A stretch of DNA of 64,000 nucleotides from Candidatus Bathyarchaeota archaeon (GTDB lineage: Archaea > Thermoproteota > Bathyarchaeia > Bathyarchaeales > Bathycorpusculaceae): assembly GCA_963828195.1 (NCBI GenBank), contig CAWHDT010000007.1, forward strand, positions 192,001 through 256,000, given 5' to 3'. Of the stretch, positions 17,796 to 28,021 are shown piece by piece. Below the pieces are notes generated by a model. The model saw only the letters and a program-made list of their open reading frames with translations, ran no database searches and was not told the DNA's origin. How positions within the stretch are numbered: the stretch's first letter is position 1; each line of letters opens with the position of its first letter. Position numbers and translations under genes: made by a program.

Positions 17796-18402
17796 AAAAC
17801 GAGAGTACTACTACAAAAAAGCCAAAGAAGAAAACTACCGCTCCCGAGCCACATACAAGCTAGTTCAAGCCAACGAGAAATACGGGTTTATACGAAGAAA
17901 CGATGTAGTGGTCGATTTAGGCGCTGCACCAGGCGGCTGGATTCAAGCAGCAAGGAAAATGACTGGAAAAAACGGTTACGTTTTAGGCGTCGATTTAAAA
18001 CCAATAGACCCATTCACTCAGGAGTATATTCGAACTATAATTGCCGATTTTACTGAGTCGGATATCGTGGATCAAATACGTTCTTTTTTGCCTCGTGAAG
18101 CAGACGTGGTGCTTTCTGACGCTGCACCAAACATCACTGGCGTTTGGGAAGTTGACCATGCAAAACAAATTGATTTAGCAACCAAAGCGTTAGAAATAGC
18201 CCAATGCATACTGAAGCCGTCAGGAAACTTTTTTGTTAAACTTTTCGAAGGCGAAATGTTCAACGGCTTCATTTTGACTGTGAAGGATCTCTTTGATTCA
18301 GTGAAGATAGTTAAGCCTCAGGCTAGCAGACAAAAAAGCTCGGAGATGTACCTTTTGGCTTTAGGCTTGAAATCTATGGGCAAATGCAAAGATGAAATCT
18401 AG
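17770..18402 (+). CDS. rlmE: 23S rRNA 2'-O-methyltransferase RlmE/FtsJ
   Basis: YRSRATYKL, DLGAAPGGW, SDAAPN, KPQASR..SSEMY. Confidence 0.95.
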   Translation: MPKAWIQDRKREYYYKKAKEENYRSRATYKLVQANEKYGFIRRNDVVVDLGAAPGGWIQAARKMTGKNGYVLGVDLKPIDPFTQEYIRTIIADFTESDIVDQIRSFLPREADVVLSDAAPNITGVWEVDHAKQIDLATKALEIAQCILKPSGNFFVKLFEGEMFNGFILTVKDLFDSVKIVKPQASRQKSSEMYLLALGLKSMGKCKDEI

Positions 18403-18659
18403 TTTCCGCCGAAGTTCTTCAGGTTTAAAGTCCTGAGCTATTTTCAGAACCTCTAGGCTTGTTTACTTGTGATGTACCAACAGTACGGGAAGACCAAGTG
18501 CATCATCAACCCGCATAGCTGGCGAGTGGTGACATAAGCGAGGTTCTCGGTGGTTGTGAAAGAGTTTGGGAAAGGTTAAATTGCTAGGAACATTAAATCC
18601 TTGTGCTCGAGGATTTCGGGCTTTAAAAATTAAGCCACTAAATTAGCGAAGGTTACAAC

Positions 18660-19214
18660 GTGAAACTTGAATATCCAGCATTTTGGCGAAACGCGTCGTC
18701 AAAACGCAAAAGAATCTACTTGATTATACTCGTTTTTGTACTTGCTTTTGTCGTTACCGCCGTTGGCAGCTATGTACCGCTGAGTCATTCGGATGCTCAG
18801 TCAATATCTAATGGCGTAAACGCGACTATTACTTCGCATAAGTCCACTGCTTCTTTAGCGGAGTACATTTTCATCAATAACTTCTCAATTTGCCTACTCA
18901 TGTTCGTTCCCATCGTTGGACCCATCGTGGGGATGTTCATAATCTTTGATACGGGTATCGCGCTTGGCGCCATATCAACCGTACAGGGCTATCCGCCCTT
19001 TGTAGCATTGATAAGCGAACTGATATTGCCTATATTCTGGCTAGAATTCATCGCTTACTCGACAGCTATGGCGGAAGGCATTTGGTTAAGCCGCAGGCTA
19101 ATGCAACGTCGTTGGTTTGAACTAAAAAACATGGTTATACTGATAGGTATATGCGCCGTCATACTTGCCGGCAGCGCAGTATTAGAAGCTTGGCTAATAA
19201 GCATCGGTCTCTAG
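18660..19214 (+). CDS. Stage II sporulation protein M-like membrane protein
   Basis: IFINN, P..G, LE..AY, A.LE pattern with multiple TMs. Confidence 0.8.
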   Translation: MKLEYPAFWRNASSKRKRIYLIILVFVLAFVVTAVGSYVPLSHSDAQSISNGVNATITSHKSTASLAEYIFINNFSICLLMFVPIVGPIVGMFIIFDTGIALGAISTVQGYPPFVALISELILPIFWLEFIAYSTAMAEGIWLSRRLMQRRWFELKNMVILIGICAVILAGSAVLEAWLISIGL

Positions 19215-19228
19215 AAGCGCTTGCCGCT

Positions 19229-20083
19229 TTACTTTTTCATTACCTCTAAACTTATATCTAATGCTTTAACGCTATGAGTAAGTTCCCCCAAACTTATAAT
19301 GTCCACTTGCGCCGATGCGTATTCCAACAGGTTCTCGCCTGTAATTTTACCACTGACTTCTAACAGCACACCGCCAAACCCAGCTTTCTCTAACATTACG
19401 GCGGCATCCTTGGCCTGTTTAGGAGAAAAATTATCCAGCATGATAATGTCAGCTCCTGCCTTAGCTGCCTGCAATGCGTCCTCAGCTTTCGTAACTTCAA
19501 CTTCGATTTTTTTGCTAAACGAAACGTTCGCCTTTGCTTTTTTAACTGCGGCTTCAACGCTTCCAACTATTGCTAAATGATTATCTTTAATCAAAACCAT
19601 GTCATCCAAATGAAGCCTATGTGGATCTCCGCCGCCTATGGCTACTGCTTTTTTATCGAAATAAAGCAGTCCGGGCGCCGATTTTCGCGTCGCAGCAATT
19701 TTGGCTTTGGAGCCTGCGTTTTCAAGTTTCTTTGCTAAAGTTTGGGTGGCAGTTGCGATGCCGCTCATTCTTGAGAGAAGATTCAGCATTGTCCTCTCAG
19801 AGCAAAGAATGGTTTGGGCGTCTCCTGAGATTTCCAATAGTACTTGTTTATTTTTTATTTTTTCTCCGTCAGCAACTTTTGCCTTAACTTTTAAACCTAA
19901 ACACTCAGCGAGAATGCTTGTCTCTTCAATTCCTGCTGCAACGCCTTCTTCTTTAGCTACAACTGCCGCGTTTACCTCTAAGTTTGATGGAATAATTGCC
20001 TGTGCTGTTACGTCGCCTTGCCCAATGTCCTCTGCAAGTATTTGCTTGAGCTTCTCTTCCAGAATTTTTCGTGGAGCAAACAT
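19229..20083 (-). CDS. nadC: Quinolinate phosphoribosyltransferase
   Basis: ERTMLN, TRK, HR..L.D..LIKDNH, EVEV, MLDN. Confidence 0.96.
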   Translation of the reverse strand: MFAPRKILEEKLKQILAEDIGQGDVTAQAIIPSNLEVNAAVVAKEEGVAAGIEETSILAECLGLKVKAKVADGEKIKNKQVLLEISGDAQTILCSERTMLNLLSRMSGIATATQTLAKKLENAGSKAKIAATRKSAPGLLYFDKKAVAIGGGDPHRLHLDDMVLIKDNHLAIVGSVEAAVKKAKANVSFSKKIEVEVTKAEDALQAAKAGADIIMLDNFSPKQAKDAAVMLEKAGFGGVLLEVSGKITGENLLEYASAQVDIISLGELTHSVKALDISLEVMKK

Positions 20084-20170
20084 ATCTTGTACTGTTGCGT
20101 TTAAACCTTAAATTGCTTGCTTTTTCAAGTGGAGCATGGGATAGTTAAAATAAATCGAGGCTTATCTGGT

Positions 20171-21316
20171 ATGAATATGCGATTGCTACTGAGCTGCTCA
20201 GAGCTTGGCTTAGGCCATGTTTCCCGTATCATACCCTTAGGAAAAAGACTGGCAAAAGAGGGTCATGAATTGTTCTTTTTCTCAGGAGGCAAAGCATATG
20301 ACATGCTTCAGCAGGAGTTTACAAATGTTAACAAATGCACTCCGATATCTTGGTATGAAAACGCTTATGGCATTATTACGTCTGCCTCGCTAATCAACCT
20401 GCTTTTTCCTCTTCCCTTATTTAACAGCGAGACAAATAGGCTTGAAATAAAAAACTCCAACGCATGGGAAACTATACATCGCTACTATGACCTCAGAGAA
20501 AATATTCGCGATATTGCACCTGACGTTCTCATCGCAGACGGCGACATAAACGCGCTTCGACTTGCCTATAACTGGAAAATTCCCTCAGTTTACATAGCTA
20601 ACATGATAAGGCCAACCTACGGTTTCTCTGCTCTTCTTAATCCAGGCGAGCGACTGATTGAGCGGTATGTGAAGCGGTGCTCAAAAATAATAATTCCCGA
20701 TAACCCGCCGCCCTACACTGTCTCCGAGTATAGTATTGGCGACTTGAGCAATATGGGGTTAAACGGGAAAGTTGAATTCACAGGCAGCTTCGTTGACACA
20801 ACACCCGTTGAAGGCTTGCAAGAACACATTTTTGCGCCTGTAAGTGGCCCCCCAGGCACAAGAGCAAAAATAATGAAAACTCTCCTTCCAGTTCTCGAAA
20901 AGCTCAAAACCAAATGCGTCATAAGTTTAGGAACACCGGGCAAAAAAGTTTCGACCAAAATCGGGAACTGCGAACTTCACAGTTGGCTATCTACGGAAGA
21001 GCGAGAGCAATATATGAAAAATGCTAAATTCGTAATCTTTAGCGGTGGACACGCAACTTGTTTTGAAACAATTAAATATTCCAAGCCGAGCATCTGCATC
21101 CCGACCCAACCTGAACAGTTGGGCAACGCTGCTAAGCTTCAAGACTTAAACTGCTCAATAACTGTTAAGAACAAAGGTCAGTTGCAGAAGGCGGTTCAGA
21201 AAATGGAGAAGGAGCAAGAATCGTTTGACAAAAACATGGTTGCGCTCAGCAGGTTTTCTAGCAAGTATATGGGTCTAGACAGGGCAGTTACAATCATAGA
21301 TACCCTTCTTGATTGA
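20171..21316 (+). CDS. GT-B glycosyltransferase, GT28/MJ1255-like
   Basis: GLGHVSR N-terminal motif; SGGH.T..E and PEQ..NA. Confidence 0.82.
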   Translation: MNMRLLLSCSELGLGHVSRIIPLGKRLAKEGHELFFFSGGKAYDMLQQEFTNVNKCTPISWYENAYGIITSASLINLLFPLPLFNSETNRLEIKNSNAWETIHRYYDLRENIRDIAPDVLIADGDINALRLAYNWKIPSVYIANMIRPTYGFSALLNPGERLIERYVKRCSKIIIPDNPPPYTVSEYSIGDLSNMGLNGKVEFTGSFVDTTPVEGLQEHIFAPVSGPPGTRAKIMKTLLPVLEKLKTKCVISLGTPGKKVSTKIGNCELHSWLSTEEREQYMKNAKFVIFSGGHATCFETIKYSKPSICIPTQPEQLGNAAKLQDLNCSITVKNKGQLQKAVQKMEKEQESFDKNMVALSRFSSKYMGLDRAVTIIDTLLD

Positions 21317-21325
21317 CGTCGGCTG

Positions 21326-21961
21326 TTATTTGCTGAGGTTTACGCGTTTAATTTCGCCCAAAGGCTTTTCCTCTTCAAAAATGATGGCTTTAAACTTGTA
21401 TATTTTAGCGTCCTTTGTTAACCAGCTATCGGGGGGGAGCCCTGCTTTTACGCAGCATTGGCAAAGAAATTCTTCTTCACACCAACCCCATTCAATTGGC
21501 ACTTGAGGCAGCAGCAAACCCTTACGGTAACCTCTTTCAACGATTAAGCCGTCTTCGCCGACTTTGATTTTGCTCAAGTACTCCTTGGGGTTTTTGACTT
21601 CCACGGGTTCAGGAGGTGTCAGCACGCTTACTTCAAAAATGACTTTGTCCAGTTCCTTCAAAGACATCGGTTCGAACCTTGGGTCTTGCGTTGCAGCGTT
21701 AATGGCGGAATCAATGACTGCTTCAACAAGCGGGCTTGTCGGGTAAGGGTAACCGATACAGCCACGCAACTCCTTCTCACCGTGACTCGGAGTGCTTATT
21801 GTTACGAATACCCCGCATTGCTCAAAGAGTTTCTTGGCTGTATCTTTTGGAGGTTGAATGTTTTTGTTTTTCTCCAGTTTTTCCTTTACAGCGCTTCGAG
21901 CGAGTTGGATTAAGAATTTTCCTTCTTCTAAGCTTAGTTCAAACGACATACCGCTTACCAC
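21326..21961 (-). CDS. AMMECR1-domain protein (TIGR00296 type)
   Basis: GVFVT, LRGCIG, DPRF, GLLLPQV, KAGL. Confidence 0.93.
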   Translation of the reverse strand: MVSGMSFELSLEEGKFLIQLARSAVKEKLEKNKNIQPPKDTAKKLFEQCGVFVTISTPSHGEKELRGCIGYPYPTSPLVEAVIDSAINAATQDPRFEPMSLKELDKVIFEVSVLTPPEPVEVKNPKEYLSKIKVGEDGLIVERGYRKGLLLPQVPIEWGWCEEEFLCQCCVKAGLPPDSWLTKDAKIYKFKAIIFEEEKPLGEIKRVNLSK

Positions 21962-22026
21962 TCCTCAATAACATGGCGCAAGTTAGCGCAAATCCCTTTC
22001 AGCTTAGATAAATTTGAAAGATGATT

Positions 22027-22716
22027 TTAGAACTTTATCGATTCTTCAGCGATTCCGTCCTTAGTTATAATAAGGAAGTCGATGCCGTCGCCACTCATTG
22101 AATCTCGGCTTATTGCCGACTTTATAGAGCGCATGACGAGTTCTTTCGCTTCTTCCGCATTCAGGGTTTCTTTGTAGCCTTCTTCCAAAACACCTATCGC
22201 TATTTCTGTGCCTGAACCAACCACAGCGTATTTATCAGGTAAAAGCGAGCCTAAAACATCAAGCACGTAGAGCGATGGACCTTCCTCATCTAAACCACCG
22301 ACGATAGTTTGGGTAATTAATGGTGCGTATCGACGGTTGAAGAGGACGTTTGCCATAAGTTTAGAGGCTGAACGTACGCTGATTTTTCTGCCTGTGTCCA
22401 TGCTGAAAAGGTTAGCTTGCGCTTCCATTTCTTTAGCGAGAATTTGCATGTCCCCAACAAGTCCTGCACAGGCAACGCCGATTCGATCAGTTACTTTGAA
22501 CACTTTTTTTCCGCCTTTACTCATGATGAAATAACCATAAGTTACTCTTTTTTCCGCAGCTAAAATTACTCCGCCCGAGAAGACAACGCCAACTGTGGTG
22601 GCGCCTGGCATCCAAGCGTAGCCGCCTTGCTGAGCTTGCTGCTGCTGGTCCTGTTGCATCTGCGGATACTGTGGAACTTGAGGTATTTGAGGTAACTGTG
22701 GTCCATAATTTTCCAT
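22027..22716 (-). CDS. psmB: Proteasome beta subunit (Ala at the Thr1 position)
   Basis: GATTVG, AAEKRVT, GSG, RDSMSGDG; Gln-rich propeptide. Confidence 0.93.
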   Translation of the reverse strand: MENYGPQLPQIPQVPQYPQMQQDQQQQAQQGGYAWMPGATTVGVVFSGGVILAAEKRVTYGYFIMSKGGKKVFKVTDRIGVACAGLVGDMQILAKEMEAQANLFSMDTGRKISVRSASKLMANVLFNRRYAPLITQTIVGGLDEEGPSLYVLDVLGSLLPDKYAVVGSGTEIAIGVLEEGYKETLNAEEAKELVMRSIKSAISRDSMSGDGIDFLIITKDGIAEESIKF

Positions 22717-22926
22717 AATTTTCGCCTTTTCGATGTTATATACAAAACAATCTATTAAGCTTACTTATAACCAATTCTAGACGCCTAAGGCAACTTTGAA
22801 AAATGAATCTTGCGCGCTGAGCGCTATGCAGTTGCTGCACCAGGGAATTCAAAGGCGAAATGAGGTTTTTTCCCAGAAACTTTAAACTGCCCAGCCTATT
22901 TCTTTAAATGATTAATAGCCTCATAG

Positions 22927-23520
22927 TTGAAGCAGATGATAGAAATCTACTCTCAGGACGTTGGCGGCGTTTGGTATAGCGTTGCCTGCCATCAAATGCA
23001 GATTGTCGCATCGTCTTTCGGGGCAAGTCAACAGTTAATTTTAAGCAACATTTTAGGAAGCATACCTTACAATGTGCCTTTTCAGGTTTTCCATGAGCCC
23101 TCAGCTTTCGCCAAAAACATTTTCAGTTCCTTAAACAACATTTACCATGGAAGAAACGTTAACCCCAGCTTCACTTTAGCATTGACCCGTTTGCCAGTTT
23201 ACACACGTAGAGTGCTTAAAGCAACTGCCGAAATCCCTCTGGGCTATGTGACTTCTTACGGCGCAATCGCCAAAACGGTAGGTGGAGGACCGAGAGCAGT
23301 GGGAAACGTTATGGCTGCCAACCCTTTTGCACCCATTGTTCCCTGCCACAGAGTTGTTAAATCTGATTTTACTTTAGGCGGTTACGGAGGCGGATTGAAA
23401 GTTAAATTGAGCCTCCTGGGCAGGGAGAAAAGGGGCTATTCAACCTCAAAAGAAATAGAAGTTAATGGACGCCAGCTTCAAGTGTTCCCTGTTGAATATG
23501 TTTTAAGAGATTTGGCTTAA
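22927..23520 (+). CDS. ogt: Methylated-DNA-protein-cysteine methyltransferase
   Basis: IP.G...SY, RAVG, PCHRV. Confidence 0.92.
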   Translation: MKQMIEIYSQDVGGVWYSVACHQMQIVASSFGASQQLILSNILGSIPYNVPFQVFHEPSAFAKNIFSSLNNIYHGRNVNPSFTLALTRLPVYTRRVLKATAEIPLGYVTSYGAIAKTVGGGPRAVGNVMAANPFAPIVPCHRVVKSDFTLGGYGGGLKVKLSLLGREKRGYSTSKEIEVNGRQLQVFPVEYVLRDLA

Positions 23521-23583
23521 CCCGAAGCGTTGGGTTTACGCAAATCATAAAAGCAGGCGAGCTCAAACTCAAAGGCGGGAATC

Positions 23584-24114
23584 ATGTTGGTTAATCGGGG
23601 TCTTTACGTCGGCAGATTTCAACCTTTTCATTTGGGACACCTGCGCGCCATCAAGGCAGTTTTAAAAGAAATTGATGAACTCGTCGTGGTAATCGGCAGC
23701 GCTCAATACAGCCATAACTCCAACAACCCGTTTACGGCGGGCGAGCGATTAGTTATGATTCGCCGTGCTTTGCAGGAGGCTAAAGTGGATTATTCTAAGC
23801 TTTGGATTGTTCCAGTTCCAGATGTTCATTTGCACATGATTTGGGTCAGCGCTGTGGAAGGTTACACTCCAAAGTTTAATATTTGTTACTCCAATGAACC
23901 CCTGTCAAGAAGGCTTTTCATGGAAGCAGGTTACCAAGTGAAAAACATACCCTTCTTTGACAGGACACATTACGTGTCAACAATCATAAGAGAAAAAATG
24001 CTTCAAGGCGACAGCTGGATGGAGCTTGTTCCTAAAAGCGTAGCTGAATTCATCAATGAGATAGACGGGGTTAATCGGCTTCGGGATTTAGCTAGAACAG
24101 ATAGGGTGTCTTAA
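23584..24114 (+). CDS. nadM: Nicotinamide-nucleotide adenylyltransferase
   Basis: GRFQPFHLGH, GSAQ, NPFTAGER. Confidence 0.93.
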   Translation: MLVNRGLYVGRFQPFHLGHLRAIKAVLKEIDELVVVIGSAQYSHNSNNPFTAGERLVMIRRALQEAKVDYSKLWIVPVPDVHLHMIWVSAVEGYTPKFNICYSNEPLSRRLFMEAGYQVKNIPFFDRTHYVSTIIREKMLQGDSWMELVPKSVAEFINEIDGVNRLRDLARTDRVS

Positions 24115-24677
24115 ACAACCATTTTTTCGTCCGAAGCCTTATGATAGAAACGCCAGGCGAGAAGATAAACAACGACTACAATTATTAGTTCTGCTAGTAC
24201 CCCAGCAAAAGCGGTTGGTGCTTCGATGGCAAAAAAGTTGTTTGCTGCATGAAGAAACACCGACGCAGAATAGTAAGGTAGCGGTTTTTTCTTAGCGATG
24301 CCGTAGGCTGTTATAGCCGCGCTGGAAGCATGAAAAATAACGCCTGGGATTCTAACAATAAAAGGTACCTGATAAATGAATACGTATAAGAAGAATTCAG
24401 AAATGCCGAAACCTAACCCGATCAAAACCCCTAGGGTTACAAGTGACCTTTCGGTTTCACCATGCCTATAGAATAGTGGGAAAACTTTCGCTAACTCCTC
24501 CACGAAAGGCGCAACTACAACAATCGCTATAGCGTAGGGGAAAAAAGGGTAAAAGTTCGAAAAAAACAAGGCAAACGGAATACTCACTAGGATTCCGCAG
24601 GAGAAAAAGAAGATTAATTCTCTGCGACTTGGTTTATGAAGCGGTATAACGCATTGCTGCTGCGGCTTATCTTCCAT
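24111..24677 (-). CDS. PrsW-family intramembrane metalloprotease
   Basis: PFVEELAK, GLGFG..E, H, H...N motifs. Confidence 0.85.
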   Translation of the reverse strand: MEDKPQQQCVIPLHKPSRRELIFFFSCGILVSIPFALFFSNFYPFFPYAIAIVVVAPFVEELAKVFPLFYRHGETERSLVTLGVLIGLGFGISEFFLYVFIYQVPFIVRIPGVIFHASSAAITAYGIAKKKPLPYYSASVFLHAANNFFAIEAPTAFAGVLAELIIVVVVYLLAWRFYHKASDEKMVV

Positions 24678-24741
24678 AAAAAAGGGGCTTCCCTACAAAA
24701 TAGTGAACTAAACGCTTACTTATCAGCTTTTTCGCTGTCTC

Positions 24742-26115
24742 TTAGAAGCCCGCAGCTATTGGGCTTTTGGGCTTCATTATTTCCCGAAGAACCACCGTTG
24801 CATAGGAACCTCTAAAAAGCATGAAGCTCAACTCGGCTTGGCAGCCTTTGCCGTTTGCATTTGCTGAAACGCTTTTGAGCTTGAAGTCTCTGATGGGAGT
24901 CACAGCCGTTCGCAAGCCGCCTTTGCCGCCAGCCCTTGATAATGCATTAACCTGTAAATTCTCTAACTTGATTTCTTCTTCCTCAAGAATCGCCAGTTCA
25001 ATTTGCCCCATGATACCTTGAGAAAGCTTCTGCCTTACTCCTACAATGGGTAGGGCAACCCGCAGTTTTCCAGCGGCAATTCGCTCGTTAACGCCCCCAA
25101 GAGTTTCTGCTGTTACATTTTTCACCATGGTTGTCAGAGGCAACCCGGAGCGTTCAACAGCAACCACAAAGTCGCCGACCTCGGCTTTGCTCAAAGAGTA
25201 ACCATGCTTAACCCGCTCGCTCAGGAAACGATTAAACAGGTAAGACTGATGTGCTTGAACAAAAAGTTGCTGAAGCTTGAGCGGCAACCTTTGAAATGCT
25301 CCAACAAAATCACTCGGTTTATCCGCCAAGTGGCTCAGCATTAATCTTTCAAATCGAAGCTGCCGAGGAAAATTCTCCAGTGCCTGCTTGAAATTTTTTG
25401 TCAACTGCAGTTCTCGGCGTGCTTGCCTTGAGGCTGGATGCTCGTGAGGGCTTGGTTTGGCAAGAAAAAGCATTGCCGCCTCCTCAAAATCGCCTCTAAC
25501 CAGGGCTTTTCCAACCAGATGTGTTATGGGTCGTGTGGTTCCGAAGCGTTGGTGCCCAAAAAAGTTTGGGATGCCGCCTAAGGCTTCAAGTTCTTTTTGT
25601 GTCTGAGAAATTCTGTTTTCAACCGTTTTTTCCTTGAGTTTTACTGCTTTGATTTTTATGGTAAATTGATTGCCAAGCAGGTAAAATAGTGAAAGCGCTT
25701 CGCGAAGGTAGCCGGCAGGGTACAGTTGGATGTCTTTAACGTTAACTCTTGAAGCATCCTCCACCGTGCCGTCTTCAATCGTTATGTGTTGAGCGGTTAT
25801 GGCTTTGGCGTCTTTAATGCCTGCAATCTGGATGCGTCCCTGGTCAATTCCAAGTTGTTTTGCTACGTTTTTGACAGCTATGAAATTGTCCCAGTTGCGC
25901 TTTACCAAAACGCAGAGTAGATACCTCTGCCTTTGGGAGGAGGAACCCAAGATTTCACTTGGAACCGCTCCATCTATGTTTGCCTTTGAACCATCAACAA
26001 GAACTTCCTCAACCACAAAATCATCTACCGCTTCACGAATGACGCCCCCGATGCCTAAACTTTTGGTGGCGTAAACTTCGATGCCGAGCTGCTTATCAAG
26101 CGATGAAACAGGCAC
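24742..26115 (-). CDS. truD: tRNA pseudouridine(13) synthase
   Basis: DFVVEE, AGIKDAKAITAQ, GNQF, NFFGHQRFG, GSYAT..LRE. Confidence 0.95.
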   Translation of the reverse strand: MPVSSLDKQLGIEVYATKSLGIGGVIREAVDDFVVEEVLVDGSKANIDGAVPSEILGSSSQRQRYLLCVLVKRNWDNFIAVKNVAKQLGIDQGRIQIAGIKDAKAITAQHITIEDGTVEDASRVNVKDIQLYPAGYLREALSLFYLLGNQFTIKIKAVKLKEKTVENRISQTQKELEALGGIPNFFGHQRFGTTRPITHLVGKALVRGDFEEAAMLFLAKPSPHEHPASRQARRELQLTKNFKQALENFPRQLRFERLMLSHLADKPSDFVGAFQRLPLKLQQLFVQAHQSYLFNRFLSERVKHGYSLSKAEVGDFVVAVERSGLPLTTMVKNVTAETLGGVNERIAAGKLRVALPIVGVRQKLSQGIMGQIELAILEEEEIKLENLQVNALSRAGGKGGLRTAVTPIRDFKLKSVSANANGKGCQAELSFMLFRGSYATVVLREIMKPKSPIAAGF

Positions 26116-26124
26116 GCAATCGCC

Positions 26125-26487
26125 TTACAAAAGCTTAAGTTTACCCGTTAAGCGGTCAATCTTTTCTGCCGGCGCCGGACCTATGCCTAAGCATGTAACT
26201 GTGCCCTCAGGAACCTCAGTTAACCCCCTATCAACAATCAACGCATGGGGCAACCCCAACTGGTCAGCGGCTTCCTCCAACTCGCTGAGCTCTTTTTCGT
26301 CAGCAACCTTGACCGCGATTTTTCGTTGACCCTCATACATCCATGCTTCCCACCATTTCTTATGTTGGTTAAAAGCGGCTTGAGCAGCTGAAACCGCTGC
26401 GTGTCCAGCCTGCGCCGCAATTTTTCCTTTACTCATCTGCAAGTCGGTTCGGAAAACGAGGACTTGCTTGTATTCAAATTCATCCAT
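26125..26487 (-). CDS. pth2: Peptidyl-tRNA hydrolase Pth2
   Basis: RTDL.MSKGKIAAQAGHA, DRGLTE, TCLGIGP. Confidence 0.96.
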   Translation of the reverse strand: MDEFEYKQVLVFRTDLQMSKGKIAAQAGHAAVSAAQAAFNQHKKWWEAWMYEGQRKIAVKVADEKELSELEEAADQLGLPHALIVDRGLTEVPEGTVTCLGIGPAPAEKIDRLTGKLKLL

Positions 26488-26521
26488 TACTTTTCCCGCT
26501 TATACGTTGACGTTGGAGATT

Positions 26522-27769
26522 TTAAGCGTTTGCTGACAAATAAAGCAATGCAAAATAAGCAACTGTGGCAAGCATAGAAGGCTTCGTAAGCGCTTTAGCT
26601 ATCATTTTTCCCTGAAAATCGATTTCATCTTCATTGCTCAAAGCTTTGTCGACGCCTAACTTCCTGCAGACTCTTAGCATTTCATCCACTTTGTTATCCG
26701 ATAAGGAGTTAAGGAATCTCCTGAGCCTAAGCATAACGTTGAAATCAAAACTTAGTAAGTCAGAACAGCGTTTCTGATAAAGCTGTAAGGTTTTGGAGGA
26801 AACGTCACCTTGCTTTATGGCTTCACAAGCGGTTTCCACCGCGATTTTGGCGCATGTTAACCCGAAAATTACTCCGCCGCCAGTTGTGGGTTTAACCTGT
26901 GAGGCGCAGTCGCCTACGGCAAGAAACCCGTCGGTATAAGTTCTGTTGATTGGACCACCTAAAGAAATTGTGTGATAGCCGATTTGTGTTATTTTTGCTT
27001 TGTCCAGCTGTTTAGATGCAACTGGATGTTTACGCATCAGCCTATTGAGGTACTCGCGGGGGTTTCCCTTGTTTGTTGCCAACCCCAACTTTGCTGTTCC
27101 GTCAAGCTTTGGAATAAGCCACCCGTAAAAGCCAGGCGCATAATTCTTGCCGAAGTAAACTTCCACCGCATCATCCTCGATGTTCTGTACGTTTTCTACT
27201 TCAGTTTCAACTGCATAAACCAGCCCCTCAGGCTTAAGAGCCGTTAAACCTGCTTGCCTTAAAAGCCTGGAAGAGACACCCTCCGCATCCAAAGCAATCT
27301 TAGAAAAAACTTTTTCTTCTTTCCCACCGTTACTTTGGATTTTTACTCCTTTAACAAAGCCATTCGTCATTATTAGTGATTGGACACGAGAGTTTAAGAC
27401 GAACTGTGCGCCCGCAGCTTCCGCTTGCCCAGCCAAGTACTTGTCAAAACGGGCTCTGTTAAGAGCAGCAGTCACAGGATGGGATAGGTAAAGGGAAAAT
27501 TTGGTGCCGGCAGGTGAATAAAAGTTGGCAGATCTAAAAGTGTTTTCTACAATTCCTTTTGGAAGAGGATACAAATCCATTGCAGTTAAGCTTCGGATGC
27601 TCAGGTGCCCCGCGCAGTGAGACGGCAAACCTATTTCAGGGTGCTCCTCAAAAACAGAGACTTTAACGCCTAATTTAGCTAAGTTTAATGCTGCATATGA
27701 GCCAACAGGTCCACCTCCGACAACTATTGCGTCTGGGGCGTTGCCTGTTACCTGCAATTTTTGCGTCAT
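26522..27769 (-). CDS. Geranylgeranyl reductase-family flavoprotein
   Basis: GGGPVG, PSHCAG, R..FD, YGWLIP, GDCA..VKPTTGGG. Confidence 0.88.
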   Translation of the reverse strand: MTQKLQVTGNAPDAIVVGGGPVGSYAALNLAKLGVKVSVFEEHPEIGLPSHCAGHLSIRSLTAMDLYPLPKGIVENTFRSANFYSPAGTKFSLYLSHPVTAALNRARFDKYLAGQAEAAGAQFVLNSRVQSLIMTNGFVKGVKIQSNGGKEEKVFSKIALDAEGVSSRLLRQAGLTALKPEGLVYAVETEVENVQNIEDDAVEVYFGKNYAPGFYGWLIPKLDGTAKLGLATNKGNPREYLNRLMRKHPVASKQLDKAKITQIGYHTISLGGPINRTYTDGFLAVGDCASQVKPTTGGGVIFGLTCAKIAVETACEAIKQGDVSSKTLQLYQKRCSDLLSFDFNVMLRLRRFLNSLSDNKVDEMLRVCRKLGVDKALSNEDEIDFQGKMIAKALTKPSMLATVAYFALLYLSANA

Positions 27770-27779
27770 CGTTACTGTG

Positions 27780-28010
27780 TTACTGGACTAGTTCAATTCG
27801 GCGTTTTCCACGCGCCATAGACGAAGTTCGGATTTTACCGCTTACCTCAAGCTTCAGGAGCAGGTCGTTGAAGTCTTTGAAGCCTAAATCCTCAAACTCA
27901 CTTTTCAGCTGTGCAAAGAGTTCATCGTCGGTTAAGTCGCCCTTTTTTGTGAGAACTTCCAACATAACAAAGTACGCTGGCCGCGTTTTCCACGTTTTTA
28001 TCTGAGGCAT
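27780..28010 (-). CDS. Small winged-helix-like hypothetical protein downstream of cdc48
   Basis: 76 aa from ATG at 28010 with pattern LTDDELF...LLKLEVSGKI. Confidence 0.7.
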   Translation of the reverse strand: MPQIKTWKTRPAYFVMLEVLTKKGDLTDDELFAQLKSEFEDLGFKDFNDLLLKLEVSGKIRTSSMARGKRRIELVQ

Positions 28011-28021
28011 AAGTTTTCCTT

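Noticed and set aside
18403-18659. Intergenic stretch with an AGAACCTC/GAGGTTCT inverted repeat and a TGATG box-C-like word
   Set aside because: No convincing C/D box set or extended structure; cannot be supported as an sRNA.
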